Source: Paramecium tetraurelia (Eukaryota). From it: a stretch of DNA of 64,000 nucleotides. How positions within the stretch are numbered: the stretch's first letter is position 1; each line of letters starts with the position of its first letter. Both the position numbers and the translations under genes were made by a program. Where the stretch lies: positions 124,001-188,000 of the forward strand of contig CT868657.1 in assembly GCA_000165425.1 (NCBI GenBank). The letters run 5' to 3'. Below the pieces are notes generated by a model. The model ran no database searches, was not told the DNA's origin, and saw only the letters and a list, made by a program, of their open reading frames with translations. Positions 12,808 to 27,451 of this stretch are shown in pieces.

Positions 12808-15800
12808 ATGAAATATTAGTTTTTGATATAAGTCATCATTATAACGAATGTATTTGGAATGTATTGTAACTATTACCCTTTGGACCAGGTTGCTTGTATA
12901 CTAAAAACCGAGGGGATTTCATGTATTTATGATGTCAAATAAAGGTTAATTCAATTATTTTGAAAATGCATGTGTGGAAACAAAGAGTACTGATTTAGGA
13001 TGCAATTCTAATTTGAATAAAAATGCTTGTTTGCAATAGTAAAGAAATATAGACGGTAATGAAGTCAGATGTAAGAGTGTAATGCTAAATTAGGTTTTTT
13101 TAGGAAAAGGTGCACTAATGCAAATTAATTTCATTTAAAGAAATTAAATTGTGACTCAAACTTTTCGATTTATGCTTGTGTTAATCTATCTGGAAAAAAG
13201 TGTATTTGGACAAATAACACTTGTGTTTCTTACAATAGTGAGATTTAAAACGGAGAAAACTGCGAAACCATCTTCTAGGTGCCAGTCACTCCCAATTTAT
13301 GTGCTTAGATTCAAAATCTATAATGTAGATATTAGAGAATAAGCGATAGGTTACAATAACGGTTTTTAAAATGGATATTTCTGTTAGTCAGTATAAGAAT
13401 TACAACTTCAAAAGTTCACATGCAACACGCTAGGACTAAATAAAGATGCTTGTGTTGCGATATAAACTGCAGGATAAAGATGTAAGAAAAAAAGAATTAT
13501 ATTTTAGGCATTTTTATAAATAACATATGTCGAAACTTCCAGACAGAAGATGAATTAAGCTGTTTAAGTTATTTAAACAAGGAAGCATGTCTGAGTATTT
13601 CAAATCCAGCATTACAATGTGTTTGGAATAATAAGGGCTGTTAAAATTACTCTGTTTTAAGTGAGGATAGTTGTGAAATGTTAAAAAACGTAAACCCCAG
13701 TGTTTGCAGAGCTATGCCCATATTTTGTTATTATGATGAAATAAATCATTAGTGTTTATCTCCAAACCCAAATTTGAAGCAAACTTGCACAACTAAAGGT
13801 CTAAATGAAATTGGCTGCTTAAGTATAAAGAATTAAAAATGTATTTATACCAGTAGATTATTATTTAGGTATATATATTAGCGCAGAAGGATGCCAGGAA
13901 TTAAGAGATGATCAGTTAAATAAGATAAGTTGCACTGATTCTATAAATGAAGAAGCTTGTATTAATGTTAGTACTCCATTTCAATATTGTTAATGGAATG
14001 GGGAAAAATGTCTAAGAATTCCTTTGAATTAAGATTTAGACTGCCCATTGCCATCAGAGAATGGAAAGTACTATTAAGTAAATGGAAATGTGTGTTAAGC
14101 AATATCAAAATAGAATATAGGATGTAAATATAATCTAACCACTAAACTCTGCGAGAGAAGTACTGGATAAGAGATCTGTACAACTCCTTATCTCAATTTG
14201 TCAGCCTGTGTTTAGATTTCTTAAGCTATGACTTGTAGTTGGAGGGAAGAAATTAGCAAATGTGAGTTAGTGAATGTGATAGATTAAGTCACAAAATGCA
14301 CTGATTTGAAATACTCCAATCCACTGGCATGCTCTTAGATTTCCGAATTTGTAAGTAACAAGGCTATAGGTTGTTATTTTGACAGCACGACCCAATAATG
14401 TGATGTTTTAGATAACGATAACCTTGCCCAGATGGAGTGCTTGCAATTAGGATTAAACAAATATGGATGCACTATGATTACAAAGGTTGGATAGAGATGT
14501 AGGTGGTTCCGAGGGTAATGTACAAGCATCAGAAGCAAGGAGTAAATTGCTTAAGTTTCATGCATTGAACTCAAATATGTTAACCCTGGAACTTGTAGTT
14601 TGGTCACTTTCAATAAAGAGGTTTGTAAATACAGTAGTGATGGCTATGGGTGTGTGAACAGTATTAATTCTAGTGACACTGGAGATTATTGTAATACTTT
14701 GGGTTTGAACTCTTTTGCTTGTTCTTAGATTACGAGAAACCTCGAAGGATGTTATTTTGATAAAGTCAATAATGTCTGCGTATTAGCTCCTGATAAGAAA
14801 TCAGCAGATGAAAGTGTTTAGGCTGCTTCAAAACTATTATTAAATACTGCCAAATGTGTGGCTAGTTCTCCTACTCAGAATATTTGTATTGCTATAGAGA
14901 CCTTGGGTGAGTAATGCACATGGAATTTTAGATCGAGTGGATGTGAGTATCAGTATGTCTAATTTAATGAGAAATGCTTAGATTACAATACTGCAGAGAA
15001 ATAAAAAACTATTCCAGGAATGTAGATTTCTATAAATGCCAATGTTTGTGCCAGCATCCTCATGAATTATGTAATATTTAATCATAATTATTAGCCTAAT
15101 AAAGACCCAACAGTGTTAACAAAGGTAGTAGATTCACTGAGAGGGTATTGTTAATTTGATGGAAAAGGGAACTGCATTAAGTTTTTGTAAACTCCTTGTA
15201 CTTCTGAATGCTGTACAGAGTTAGTAGGAATCAATGCTCATGTTTGCAGTAGATTTACAACTGGCTAATATTGTTACTTCAATGAGTACAATAAATGTGT
15301 AAAATTAACTGATGAAATTGTTGATACGAGTTAAATTAAAGCGGTTAAAGATTACTATAATTTCAAACAATACAAATGTTCATCAATGAATGTAAATACT
15401 TGTTGGATGATTGATTGGTCTCCTACTTAGTAATGTTATTGGGATGGACTTGTGTGTACACAGATTAATCTTAGTGACTATGCAACTTTTGTTTTAATAA
15501 ATGGTTATAGAACAACGAATAAATATGGATGTTAGGGAATCGAGGGAGATAAGAAAAAAACATATGTCATGAAATACTATAAATATGTTTCTGATACTAC
15601 TACTTGCATCCCTTATCCTGTCGTAATTACTGCCTGTGAAACTGAAGGAATTAACTTAAATGTTTGTCTAGGACAATCCCCTGAAATTTATTGCTAATGG
15701 GATAAAATTAATTTATAATGTGTCACCATTGATGATGTCTACTCGTTATACACCTGCAATGAATTTCAAAATAAAAAAGCCTGCGTTGAAAATCCTTATG

Positions 15801-18800
15801 CTCCGTGTGCCTTCCTTACTTCGACTGATAAATGCATAACAAGCCCTTCGGATATTAATTGCGAAGACTTTAATGTAGGTAAAGACTATGAGGGAGCAGT
15901 AAATGAAAAAGCCTGTTTAAACATCACTAAAGGAGGCTAAATTTGTCAGTATAATTCTACTCTAAAATTATGTGTATCTGTAAGTAAGGCTGCATAGGAT
16001 AGTTGTGATCTACCTGGCATTAATTCAATCGGATGTTATTATATTACTACTGCTAATTGCAGATGGGATCCCATAAATCTGAATTGCTACGAGGAAGGAG
16101 ATGTAAATGCTATATCCAATTTATAATGTAATTAGAATATTAATAAACAATTATGTTTATCACTATTAAATGACAATTGTGAATGGTCAATAACTAATAT
16201 GAAATGCTCATAAGTAGAACAGCTGGGTATATATAAAATTGAAACCTATTATAATGCATAAGCATGTACCAACTTAACTGGGAAGGCATATTATTTTACA
16301 GCTACTAATAACAACGCCACAACCTAATGCTAAATACTGACTACATTCACTAATAAATGCACAGACTATATAATGAATAAACAAGCTTGTCTATTGAACA
16401 CAAAAGGGTACAAGTGTTTCTTTGACCCAAATGAAGTTCCTGAGAAAAAGTGCTAATTTTTCAAGGAAGTATAATTGGTCTGTTCGTCATTAATTTAAAT
16501 TAACATAGAAATATGCATGAACATTCCAACATAATGTTACTTTGAAGAATCATCCTTAAGTTGTAAGACAGCCAAAGTTTTTAATACTGATAAGTGTTCA
16601 ACATTAATAGCAGTAGTGGGTATGCATTACAACAAAATGGCTTGTTCATCTATTAGTAGAACAATAACTGACAAATCTTAGGATGACACAAAGAAAATTT
16701 GTTCTAAATAGCCTCTCTCAAATAATTCTTAATAATGCTATTTTGAGAAATACTGTGCTTGGGATGAAAATACCTATGGGTGTATTTTATAACAAATAGC
16801 TAAGGGTACATACACCCCCCCAGGTTAGCAATAGAGTGAACAATGCTCTCTTTCTCCTACAACAATTAATTGTTCAAATATTTATTCCGAGGCTGTTTGT
16901 CTTGAATTTGGATCAGGTTGCTACTTTGATATTAGTTAAGGAGGTTGTAATACTTATACTTCTAATCTATTCAAAGTTAGGGATTGCTCTCAAATTAATG
17001 GAACAGATTGTACAAACAGTAAGACACCCAATGCCTATTGTAAAAAGGTGGTGAATGCTGGTGAGTTAACAGACGGCTGCGAATAGGATGTAATAAACTA
17101 GGATTATTGTGAAAATGATTAAAGTGTCGCAAGCAAATCTTGCAGTTCCTTAGATACTTCAACTACAGCAAGTGATTGTGCTCAAGCCAGTGATGCATGC
17201 TATCTAAATACTAAATGTGCTAGTCCTACATCTTATGAAAATATCACTTGTGCTAGTCCTGGAGTTAGCCAAGTATTATGCTTACAGTTAAATCCACCAT
17301 GTGAATTTTCTTCAGGCTCTTGTACTCCAATATCGATCCCAACACTCAGCTCTAATGGATAAAACTATTACTATATCTGTAATGAAGTCAATTTGTAAAC
17401 CACAAATAAATCAGAATATATATGTGGTAATATAACTGCAGCTCCTTGCAAATATTCACTTAATTCATGTCAGAATGCCTTTTTCGAATTATGTTCTGAC
17501 CTTGCAGGATTGACAGTCTCTGTTGTTACCTGTAATCAATGCTAAGGGTTTCCTGCTGCCTACGATTATACCACTAATCAATGTTAACAGATTAATAGTT
17601 TGAAATCTAGTTGCGACCTCTTATTAAAAGAAGCAGACTGTTAAGTTGATCTCAAAAGCTGCTATTGGGATAGTTAAGTCAAAAAATGTCAAATTAATTT
17701 ACATAGATTGAACAGATAGAGTTGTGCTTAGTTAACCACTGACATTTTAGCAATTTGGGACGAAACCACAAATTTGTGTGAAATCAAGACTGAAAATCAA
17801 ATCTAAAGTCTTACAGACTGTTCCATTTTAAGTAGAAAGGCTTGCATAATCCCTTCTTAGTCATGCTGGATTAATTCAACAACCTTATAATGTGAAGATG
17901 CTACCTCGATTATGGCCACTTGTTAAGAAATTAATGGTTTTAATGCCAAATAATAGCACTGTCTAGTATCAAACAAAGAACCTTGTAAATGGAGTACAAC
18001 ATGTGTATCAGCAAACTTAGCAAGTGATCCTTGTGATGGATTGAACAAATATGGCTGTCTCCATATTCAGCAGAAGTTAAATTGTGCTTGGTCAGATCAC
18101 GATAAAAATTGTCGAGCCATTGCTGTAAATCTAGCTTTAGGATGTAATAAGTATTCTGATGGATTTTGGCATTATTATTATCAAGTAAATTCTTATATAT
18201 GTGCTTAATTAACAGTTGGAACTTGCTATTTAGATACCAATTCCAACAAATGTACATCAGTTGGTACTAAAAACATAGAATGTGCAAATCACAAAGGTAT
18301 TAACAAGCTGGCTTGCCTTACAAGCACAATAGATACTTGCAAATTTGATTCAACTCAATTTTAATGCATTCCTACTCCCATAGACGATTAGCAATGTTCT
18401 GATTTATTAAATACAGGAAAATGCTGTTTAGATAGTTTAAATCAAGTTGCTTGTTTGTCAATGCCCAATGCGTACTGCAAATTCAATCTGAATGTCTGTT
18501 CAACTTTCTATGTGTTGGATAAAAAAACTCCAACTGCAGCTACTATTAGTTCAAAGATACCAGGTACTTAAAAACTATCTCCTAATATTTGTGATTACTT
18601 TAATAATAATATTGTTGGAGCTTATTTTATCTATGATACAGTAAGACTTTAATGCATCAATATTGATAAGCCTAGTCCATCAAAATATTTTGCATAGTGT
18701 CGATCAGTTTCTATTAGTCAAAAAGGATGTCTAGAGAAGACAAATGATTATTGTAAGCTTATTAATATATTATTATAGGTTAGTATGAAAATAGTTCTTG

Positions 18801-21349
18801 CTAATCAATGAGTTTAGACATAGTAAAACTACAGAAAGAGTGTAATTAGGCTTACAATTGGAAAACCTGTATTTCAATCAATGCATTTTGTAAATTTCAA
18901 GGAGGCAAGTGTGTTCCTCTTGGATTAACTGATACTTGTTCTAATTTATCTGATGCAATTGTGGGTCCACAAGTTTGTGCATAATTTCCTACACCTTGCA
19001 AATACAATTCATTAACTTACTCTTGTGTTGTTGTGGTTTTAAAAACCGAAGTATGCTCATCCATTGGGTTGAGTAAATCTGGTTGTCTAGCTTATACACC
19101 CTCATAATTCTGCATTTTTGATGCTGTTAATTTTAGATGCACTTCCACTTATGATATTTCAATCCCTTGTGCAGATACGAATACACCAAAGAAATGGTAT
19201 ATCAATCAAGCTAAATGCCAATTCATCAAAACTGCAGGAAATGTACGGTTATATAATATAAATTTAGTATTGTCAATTCACTCCTGGAGATCAAGGTGAA
19301 TGTTTAGATATTCCAAGTAATTTATTCACAGGAGCATGTTTGGTACCTGATGTTCAAACTAATCCAATCACCTGCAGAAGAGCAACTGATTAGCCTTGCT
19401 TTTATAATGTAATTACGAAAAAATGTGCTATTGGAGATGTAAATATAATCCCTTGGAGTCTTGGATTATCTTTTAATAAATTAGCTTGTGTAAAATATGA
19501 TCATGCGGTGTTTAAAGTGAAGTTGATTTGGGATGATGACAAAGGTTGCATAGAATTGACAATAAATGATTTAGCAAACATTTAGTGTTCATCACCAGTT
19601 AATAGACTGGCTTGTGTTTCAATTACTAATCCATCTTAATTTTGTTAATTCAAAGCGGCCACATTAAAATGTGAATCCTATGATTACATAATCCCTCCCT
19701 TAGATAGTAAATTATGTGCTTAATTGACTAATGTGAATAGATTTGAATTTTGTTAGTATGCAAGTGATTCTTGTGTCTATAATTCATCCGATCGTAATTG
19801 TGTTGCAACTTAGCCTACTATAAACAATTCTGGAGATTGCTTCAACATAGGTATGAGCAAATTAATGTGTGCAAATTTTTCGAGTAATTGCAATTTCAAT
19901 GACGAAAGACGTTTTTGTTATGGAGGAAGTATCTTCTGCAAAGACAATACTCCTACTGGTTGTAAAGATGTTAAGACTGAGCCTTGCTGGATTGTTAATT
20001 CAAGTTGTAAAGGCATAAGTTTTTAGGATCTTAAAACTACAGAGTGCTTAAATGCTGTCAATTAAATTGGTTGCACTTCCATTTCAAATCCTTAGAAAGT
20101 ATGTCAATATGATATCCAAACTTCAACATGTAATGAAATCGTTGCACTTACTAAACCTTGTGCCTCATATACCTATGTAAGCACTAGCAAAGCATGTGAA
20201 TTTACAACTGATACTGCTTGTAAATTCGATTTCTCAACTAAATCCTGCAAAGTAGTCTCCATCACAGATGTATTCGAATGTGATAGAGGACTGAATTATT
20301 TAGCCTGCTCTACCTATACTAGACCATCATTGTAATGTAAATTTGGTAAATACTGCTATGGTCCAACATCTGGCATTTCAAAATGCGCAGATTCACTAAA
20401 TAAGGAAGTATGCTTGAATTTCATTTATTTTTGCACTTGGGATTTCTCAAATTCATTATGCATTGATTATAATTTAAATGGACAAACTTGTTAACAACTC
20501 TAAGATCAAAAGACTGTAGTGTCTAGTTAAGTTTGTTATAATGCATAGGTTTAAGATGGAAGTGCTTGTGTTTTTGATGTATACACATTCACATGTAAAA
20601 TCATCTAACCATAATCATGCTTTGAACTTGAATCACAAAAGCAATGCCAATCATAAACTGAACTACCATGTTTATGGCTGAATGGTTCTTGCTAACTCTT
20701 TTAAGCAGTTTCAACTGACACTTGTTAATATGTTGGAAGTTTGGGATCTAAAAATGCTTGTCTGAGTATTTTCAGGAAAGGACAATTTTGTCAATATCAC
20801 GATTTTAATTGTGTTACATACAAAGAAAATTATGATGCTGACAATTGTCTTAACAACATTAATAAAATAGCCTGCGTTTCTTAATAAACCAGTTCTTGCA
20901 TATGGAAAACAGTTCTAAAAGAGATTTAAGAGGTCTAGATGTTTTTGGGAACTTGTGAAAAGTTAGAAAATCCAACCAATTATGATTGCGACAGTGCCCT
21001 TAGTTATAAATCATGCTTATCAATTTCGAAATATGGTCAACACTGCAGATGGATCAAAGGAGAATGTTAAAGGATTGAATAGCAATCAGGAGTTGTTATC
21101 AATTATAACACCTATTAATTGATTAATTAAAATGCTTGTGGACTCGTTAATCAGGATAAAGTTCGATATTAAGAGTAAACGAAATCATGTTAGTTGATAA
21201 AAGACAATGAAACAGTTACATGCAAATGTGGCAAGGAAACAAAAGGATTAAATAAGGAGGCTTGTTTGAGTATTGTGTATGAGAATTGCAAATGGATTCC
21301 TACTCAATCAAGATGTGCAGAGTATTAGAGTTTATGTGATATTAAATGA
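12808..21349 (+). CDS. Giant (~2800 aa) cysteine-repeat secreted/surface protein
   Basis: N-terminal signal-like MKYQFLIQVIIITNVFG. Dozens of repeats of type C...G(L/I)NxxAC...C-x-W/F/Y...C. Six tiny introns found. Ends ...CAEYQSLCDIK-TGA. Confidence 0.88.
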
Positions 21350-21422
21350 GTCTCTTTGAGATTTTAATATTTTTTACAAACTTAATAAGGGATTATTAAA
21401 GCATATTAAAATAAATATATTA

Positions 21423-23860
21423 ATGAAAGTTTCACTTGATCACGATGTTTATAAATGGCTCTTGTCTCTAACTATCGTTAAGCTTCAACAAGTTAAGAAT
21501 ACTGGGAAGGTTGAATTGGATGAGAACCAAAGCAAATTATTTGTTAATGGCATCAAATTTGGAGAGACTTTAAATAAAATGCTCGAAGCAAGATCCATTG
21601 TAAATATCACAACCTAATTTTAAAGCATGTCCCAAATCTAAGTGAACAAATGAAAAACCAACTGACTCCTGGAGTTAAATTATTCAATTGGAATATCTTA
21701 TAAGATGCATTTCAAAAAATTAACTTGCCTTTGGACAATGATATTAAAAATCTAATTGTTAATGGAGACACAGAAATGATGAATGAACTCCTAAAAGACA
21801 TGATGGAATTAGATAATCAAATCAATAGAAAATAATAAACTCGAGGCTCAGTTAGATCCTCAGATGACTCCTCCTTTGAAACTTCTAAGAAACCTCCAAG
21901 CAGACCTGCATCCAAATTACCATAAACTAAATATGATACCTAAGGAAATGCTAATGAGTTAATCTTAGATGAATTAGATACTAAAAAGCCCTTAAATGAG
22001 TCTAAATCTTTGCTTGAATTTTTTATCACAGGATTATCAAGACATCTAACCTTAAAACCTTAATAAGCTGCATCTTTAATGTCAAATGGCAATAAGTATT
22101 TGGCTCATTTACTTGTGAAAGGAGTCAAGGGAGAGTTTGAAACATTGATAAATTGGTTAAGTGACATCTATGCAAATATCTCAAGAGTCTTCAATTTTCT
22201 AGAACAACAGGATTCTAATGTGCATTATTTTTTTGCTACCATTAAACCAGGACTGTTGTCCAAAGAATAAGAAATTACTCTGTGGACTTTAAGAATAATG
22301 GGCAGAACCTATTTTGAACTCTCGGAAATGGAAATGCATCAATTAGGATACGAATGGTTCTGCAAGGAAAATGGAGGATTAGCAGCAACCTTTCTATGTA
22401 TGCAAAGACACCCCAATTTACTGAGTTAAATTTGTGAGTTGTATAGTTAAGTAGCAAGATTTAATATTGTTGATTTCTTTACAGTCCAATTCAAGAAGTA
22501 ATTATCTGATAAATGCGTTGAAATGTTGAATTCCCTGATTGAATTTCTCCATCAATAGAAAACTCTAAAAGAAGAATTGATTTCATAAGGAATCGTACAA
22601 TATTGGGCCTAGGCAGCTTTAAAAATGTCAGATTCTGATCAATTGCCTATTAAGATGCAAGGCCTTAAGTATTTAACATTAAATTGGTTGCTCTACCCAA
22701 TTTAATTTGAAGAGGACTAAAATTACCCCAATCAATTCTTGTTCTTAATGAAGAAGGGCACTAGAGATGCCTCAAATAATTTGAAATATTTCTCTTTGAA
22801 TATGTTATTCAGATTGCTCGATAAATTGGCTACAGATAGAAATCCATATGCAGCAGTTCTCTATAAGAAATTGACATTCACTCTAATTGAGAATTACAAT
22901 GAACTGGATATTAGGGAATTCATGTTGCACAATTTTATGTATCTAATCCAAAAATACTCATCAATTCCCATTGACATTCTGTTAGAACCTTTGATCAAGT
23001 AAGTCATGTTGAATGATGCTTTAGTCAACTTAACAGATATGATGCTATTTAAATTTATTAGCAAACATCCAAAGATGAAAATAAGATTGGCTATTTTGTT
23101 ATTGGATTTGCTTGCCAAAATATATTTGAATAGTGTGACTATGTCTCATTTGTCATTAAATCCAATTCAAGTGCTATTGGCTCGTTTTGCAGAATCTCCC
23201 TTGCTAAGAGAGTATGCTTTCAAGCTCTGCAAGATTGGCCTAGCATTGCATTATGGCAGTTTAAAGAGTAAGCGACAATAGGTCAAAACAAACGATTTAT
23301 CTATCCTAACTGCTTTGCAGTAGCATAACAATGATCATGAAATACTTGAAGCATAGAAAAGAGCTCAAATAATTGAATTAATTAAGTTTATAATAAATAT
23401 GCAACAAGATGAACTGAATGAGTAAATAAAACCATTGTTATGTCATTTTTATATTGAATTGTAATATATTATCGCATATGATTAGATAAAATATTTCTAT
23501 CAAGGATAAAGGAGTCATTACGCTATTAAATATGTTTGGCAATCCTGACAAAATAGTTTAGGCAATCAAGTAACAATGGGATGCTGAGAAATAAGAATAA
23601 GACGAAATCCTCAAATAATCTCAATTAATTATTGATAATGAATTTGTATAGAATTAATAGTATTTGAACTCTGCAGAGTAAACTCCATAAACTGTGAAGA
23701 GTGAAAAAATAAAACAACATGATGTAGATCCCTTCAATGATTTAAGATAAAAGGAATTGGAAGATGAAAAAAGATTTTTGGCTCAAAATGGTGTTGGGTT
23801 CAAAAAAAGAGTTGTGGAATTAGAAAGAGGAAAGTAACCTATAGCACCTACTCCAAATAT

Positions 23861-23900
<40 letters not shown>

Positions 23901-26478
23901 TAACAAATAAAGAAAAAACCTTAATAAGTGGATCCTAAGGTATTAGAAAATATTGCCAATATAAAATTAAAGAAGGAGGAAGAATTACTTAAGAAATAAT
24001 AGGAAGAGGAAGAGAAGAGAAAAAGAATTGAAGCATTGCAAAAAAAAGCATAATAGGAAATTCAAAAGAGAACTAATGGGAAAGTAATTGAGAAAGCAGA
24101 TGAAAAGAAGGTAGAGTTGATAGATCTTGATGATCATGAGACACATGATTATGAATCAATGAACATCGCTATAAAAAAGAATCATAAAGCAATGAAATAC
24201 TTATTCTCCAAATATTCTAACACCACTAATTAGGCAAGTAAAAAATAGTATTTTGGGGAACTCTAAGAATAGTATGAAATTATTTAATTATCTGATATAA
24301 TGAGAATGTTAAAAGACTATTAAGTGAATATGTCAAAGGAAGAAATTCAGGCGTATGTTAAGGCTATAAATCAGAAATACTCTGAAAATAAAAGTGATCA
24401 ATTTAGTTTAGATTAATAAAATTTTGAGAGATTTCTGGCTTAAATCTCTATGAAAATTGAAGGATACACATTTCAAAGAAGATTCGCAGGTTAATGTTTA
24501 GAATAACTGATGTAAAGCTTTGGTTCAATTGCAAAATCTAAAAGTATTATTTTATAATACAAATATTAGATGAAAACCATCTCATATTTTTAGATCCTGA
24601 TAATATCAATATTGATCCAGACAGAGATACAATTAGGCAGTTAAATTTACAGCTCTAAACATAAGATGTCCCTGTTCCTAGTAAATTCAAGAAAGTTACA
24701 GAAAAATAATTGAATCAGAGGTTCGAATATAGACCATAAGCGATATTAGGAGTTGAAAATGCATGGTTTGATTGTCATGAAATAGTGAATTAATTGATTT
24801 CAGAAACGTTTAAAACTAATGTAATGGAACCTTTGTCAGATATTAAGATTATTTGGAAAGTCAAACCTAATCCACAACAATAATAAGAACAAGTCGTTTA
24901 GGTGAAATAGAGGGATAATTCATAACAGAAGAAAGTCATGAATAGGGCAATTGAAGATAAATTATTAAAGCAATAGGAAGAAGAGTAAAAAAAGATGGAT
25001 GCTGAAGAGAAGAGAAAAAAACATTAGGAAAAGTTAAAATAGGAATATCTGAGAAAAAAGAAAGAGAAGGAAGAATAGGAATAAATGAAGAAATAAGAAG
25101 AGAGATAAGAGTTGATAGAAAAAGCAGAAAGAGAGAAAAAATAACAGGAATAATTAAAAAAAGAAGCAGAAGAAAAAAAGTTAAAATTAAGAGAATATAA
25201 AGAGAAAATGGCAGAAGAGAATAAAATCAAAGAAGCTTAGAATGTTGAATTCTAAAAGCAGAAATAGGATCAAGATAGAAAATAACGAGAAGAGTTTTAA
25301 AAGAAATAGAAGGAAGATGTCAGTAAATTGCTGGAGTAGAAAAAGAAAGAGTTTAAAGATAAAGAATAATAAGAGAAATAGAAAGAGTAAAAAGCAAAAG
25401 AAGAAATGAAGGAATGGAAAAATAATGTTGAAACAATGCTTTAATAAGAATAGGAGGTAAGATAAAGAGAAAAATAGATGCATTAAAAAATTTAATAATT
25501 ATAATAAAATCAGGAGATTCAATCTATTTATAAGAAATATGATAAATAATTATCAGCTATTTACCATGCTTATCAAGAGTATACAGATTGGAAGATTGAA
25601 AATGCAGGGGTAGAGAAAGAGTTATTATAATTTAAAGGATTTACTAATTTTGCTTCTTAATTCAGCATCTATCCTGCCATCATAACTCCTGAAGATGCAT
25701 AACTAATTTTTAGATCAATAACAAGAGAAAGAGAACGAATACAATAATAATTGAATGAAAAAAATGGGTTTAACTCTGCACCACCTAAGGGAATGAACTA
25801 TCATGAATTTCAATAAGCATTATTGAGAATAGCCATAAAAGGATAGAAATACTTTGATCTTCTGAATGAAAAATATTAAAATAACATGAAGACTTTAGAC
25901 ATGCTTGCATTAAAGAAGGACTAAGCCATTTCAGAGGAAGGACCTTTGGAAAAAAGAGAAGATCATTATTAATAAGTAGATGCAACAAGCTCAAACACAA
26001 TGCAAGGTCTAATGTATTTTTTAGATATGCCTGAAGAGAAAACTGAAATGAATTCTAAATTAAGAGCATTGAAATTAGAATTTTAAAAAGTGGCAGCACA
26101 AAGAGATAAAAAACAAAGTAATTTATATTAGATATCCTAGTTGTTTAATAAAAGTTAACTGATGAAGTCAAATAACCAACAAAACGAAAATAATCAGTAG
26201 GATAAAGGGAGGGAAAGGATAAAAGTCTTGAAAAATGTATTTATTCAATTACATCATAGAATAACCATAAAGAAATAAGTCTTAAAATATTAGGATTGAT
26301 TCTGCGTAGACCAAAATGAAAGCATCTCAAAAGGATTAAGTGCATCCAGTTGATGAAAATGAATTAAACAAGCAATCTCCTAAGAGTATCCAACATATAT
26401 TATAAAATATTAGAGATAGAAACTACAGGACAGGAGGGAAAAAAAGAAATTGGGAAAGTTAATTAATAAAAACAATGA
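21423..26478 (+). CDS. Large protein: N-terminal calponin-homology-like domain, ARM/HEAT-like helical region, E/K/Q coiled coil, EF-hand-like helical segments
   Basis: FVNGIKFGETL...PGVKLFNWNILQDAFQKINLPLDNDIKNLIVNGD resembles SPEF1-type CH domains. Leu-rich helical middle. Charged coiled coil ~24900-25500. Confidence 0.8.
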
Positions 26479-26920
26479 TGATATATAACTAACTATTAAT
26501 TATTTAATCTTAAAATTCAACAATTTATTATGTATTGTAACAATCATAACTCCAAGATGATTAAAAGGAGTTAAAAATCTTACCTTTAATCTCAGTGTGG
26601 TTTAATTAAAGTGATTATCCTTATTTCTTTATATTCTTTAAATTTTAATAATTTAAAATTAATAAGTATCCAAAAGTGATAGTGCTCCAACTACATAGAT
26701 AGATACTATTATATGTGCCAGCCCTCAGGATTATAATGTCTGATTTTTAAATTGAACAAAATTATTAGCTTTCAAAAGGGCCAAATACTAAATATTATTA
26801 TATAGGAGTCTATTTTCAAATACAATTGTATGATACAGATTATGTTTCACTTCTTCTAATAAGAAATTCATATTATATAATAATTATAAATTATATTGAT
26901 GTTTTGATATATTTCAATAA

Positions 26921-27451
26921 TCAGATTTCTACTTATTTGCTTGTTTAGCCAGTGCTATCATCTTCCTAGATTGAATGCTCATATCCATTAAATGAAATTT
27001 GGAAGCAAATACCTGTCATAGCAAACCAATTTGACACTGGAATGTTATAATCAAGGGAGGTATTTTTGAACTTATTATATTGTTAAAATATAAACTTCAG
27101 TTGTGTCTGACCCAATTCCCATTCCAATTGTTATGAGGATCCATCCGATTAAACTAACTCCTAATGATCCATATCCTAAGGCTGCTTAATCTATGGCAAT
27201 TTTAGCTAAGCTTATCAACAACCCCAACAACAGACAACTTGCTCCTGCTATATTCATTATCACCCATGTTTAATAATGATCCATTCCAGTTAGATCTGCA
27301 ATCTTGTAGGACTTAGCTTGATAACAATATTATGCCATCCAGCAAGAAACATACAACATCATTCCTATATTACTAATAAAAGCGCTATAAACATATTAAT
27401 CTAATATTTTACTATCCTCTTGGCAACCTAAAATATTAATATTCATTACAT
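26921..27451 (-). CDS. Small multi-pass membrane protein (~160 aa), unknown function
   Basis: Introns 27449-27428 and 27412-27385 give MLPRGYAFISNIGMMLYVSCW...WVIMNIAGASCLLLGLLISL...LGYGSLGVSLIGWILITIGMGIG...QVEI-TGA. Three to four hydrophobic segments. Confidence 0.75.

Noticed and set aside
12923..12970. Apparent frameshift or retained IES near the start of the Cys-rich gene
   Set aside because: Resolved by a canonical 22-nt GT..AG intron at 12923-12944.
23862..23905. (TAA)n microsatellite / apparent run of stop codons
   Set aside because: In-frame polyglutamine in code 6.
26722..26731. 10-nt match CCCTCAGGAT to a conserved LSU rRNA segment
   Set aside because: Too short, and no proper C/D boxes on the strand that would act as guide.
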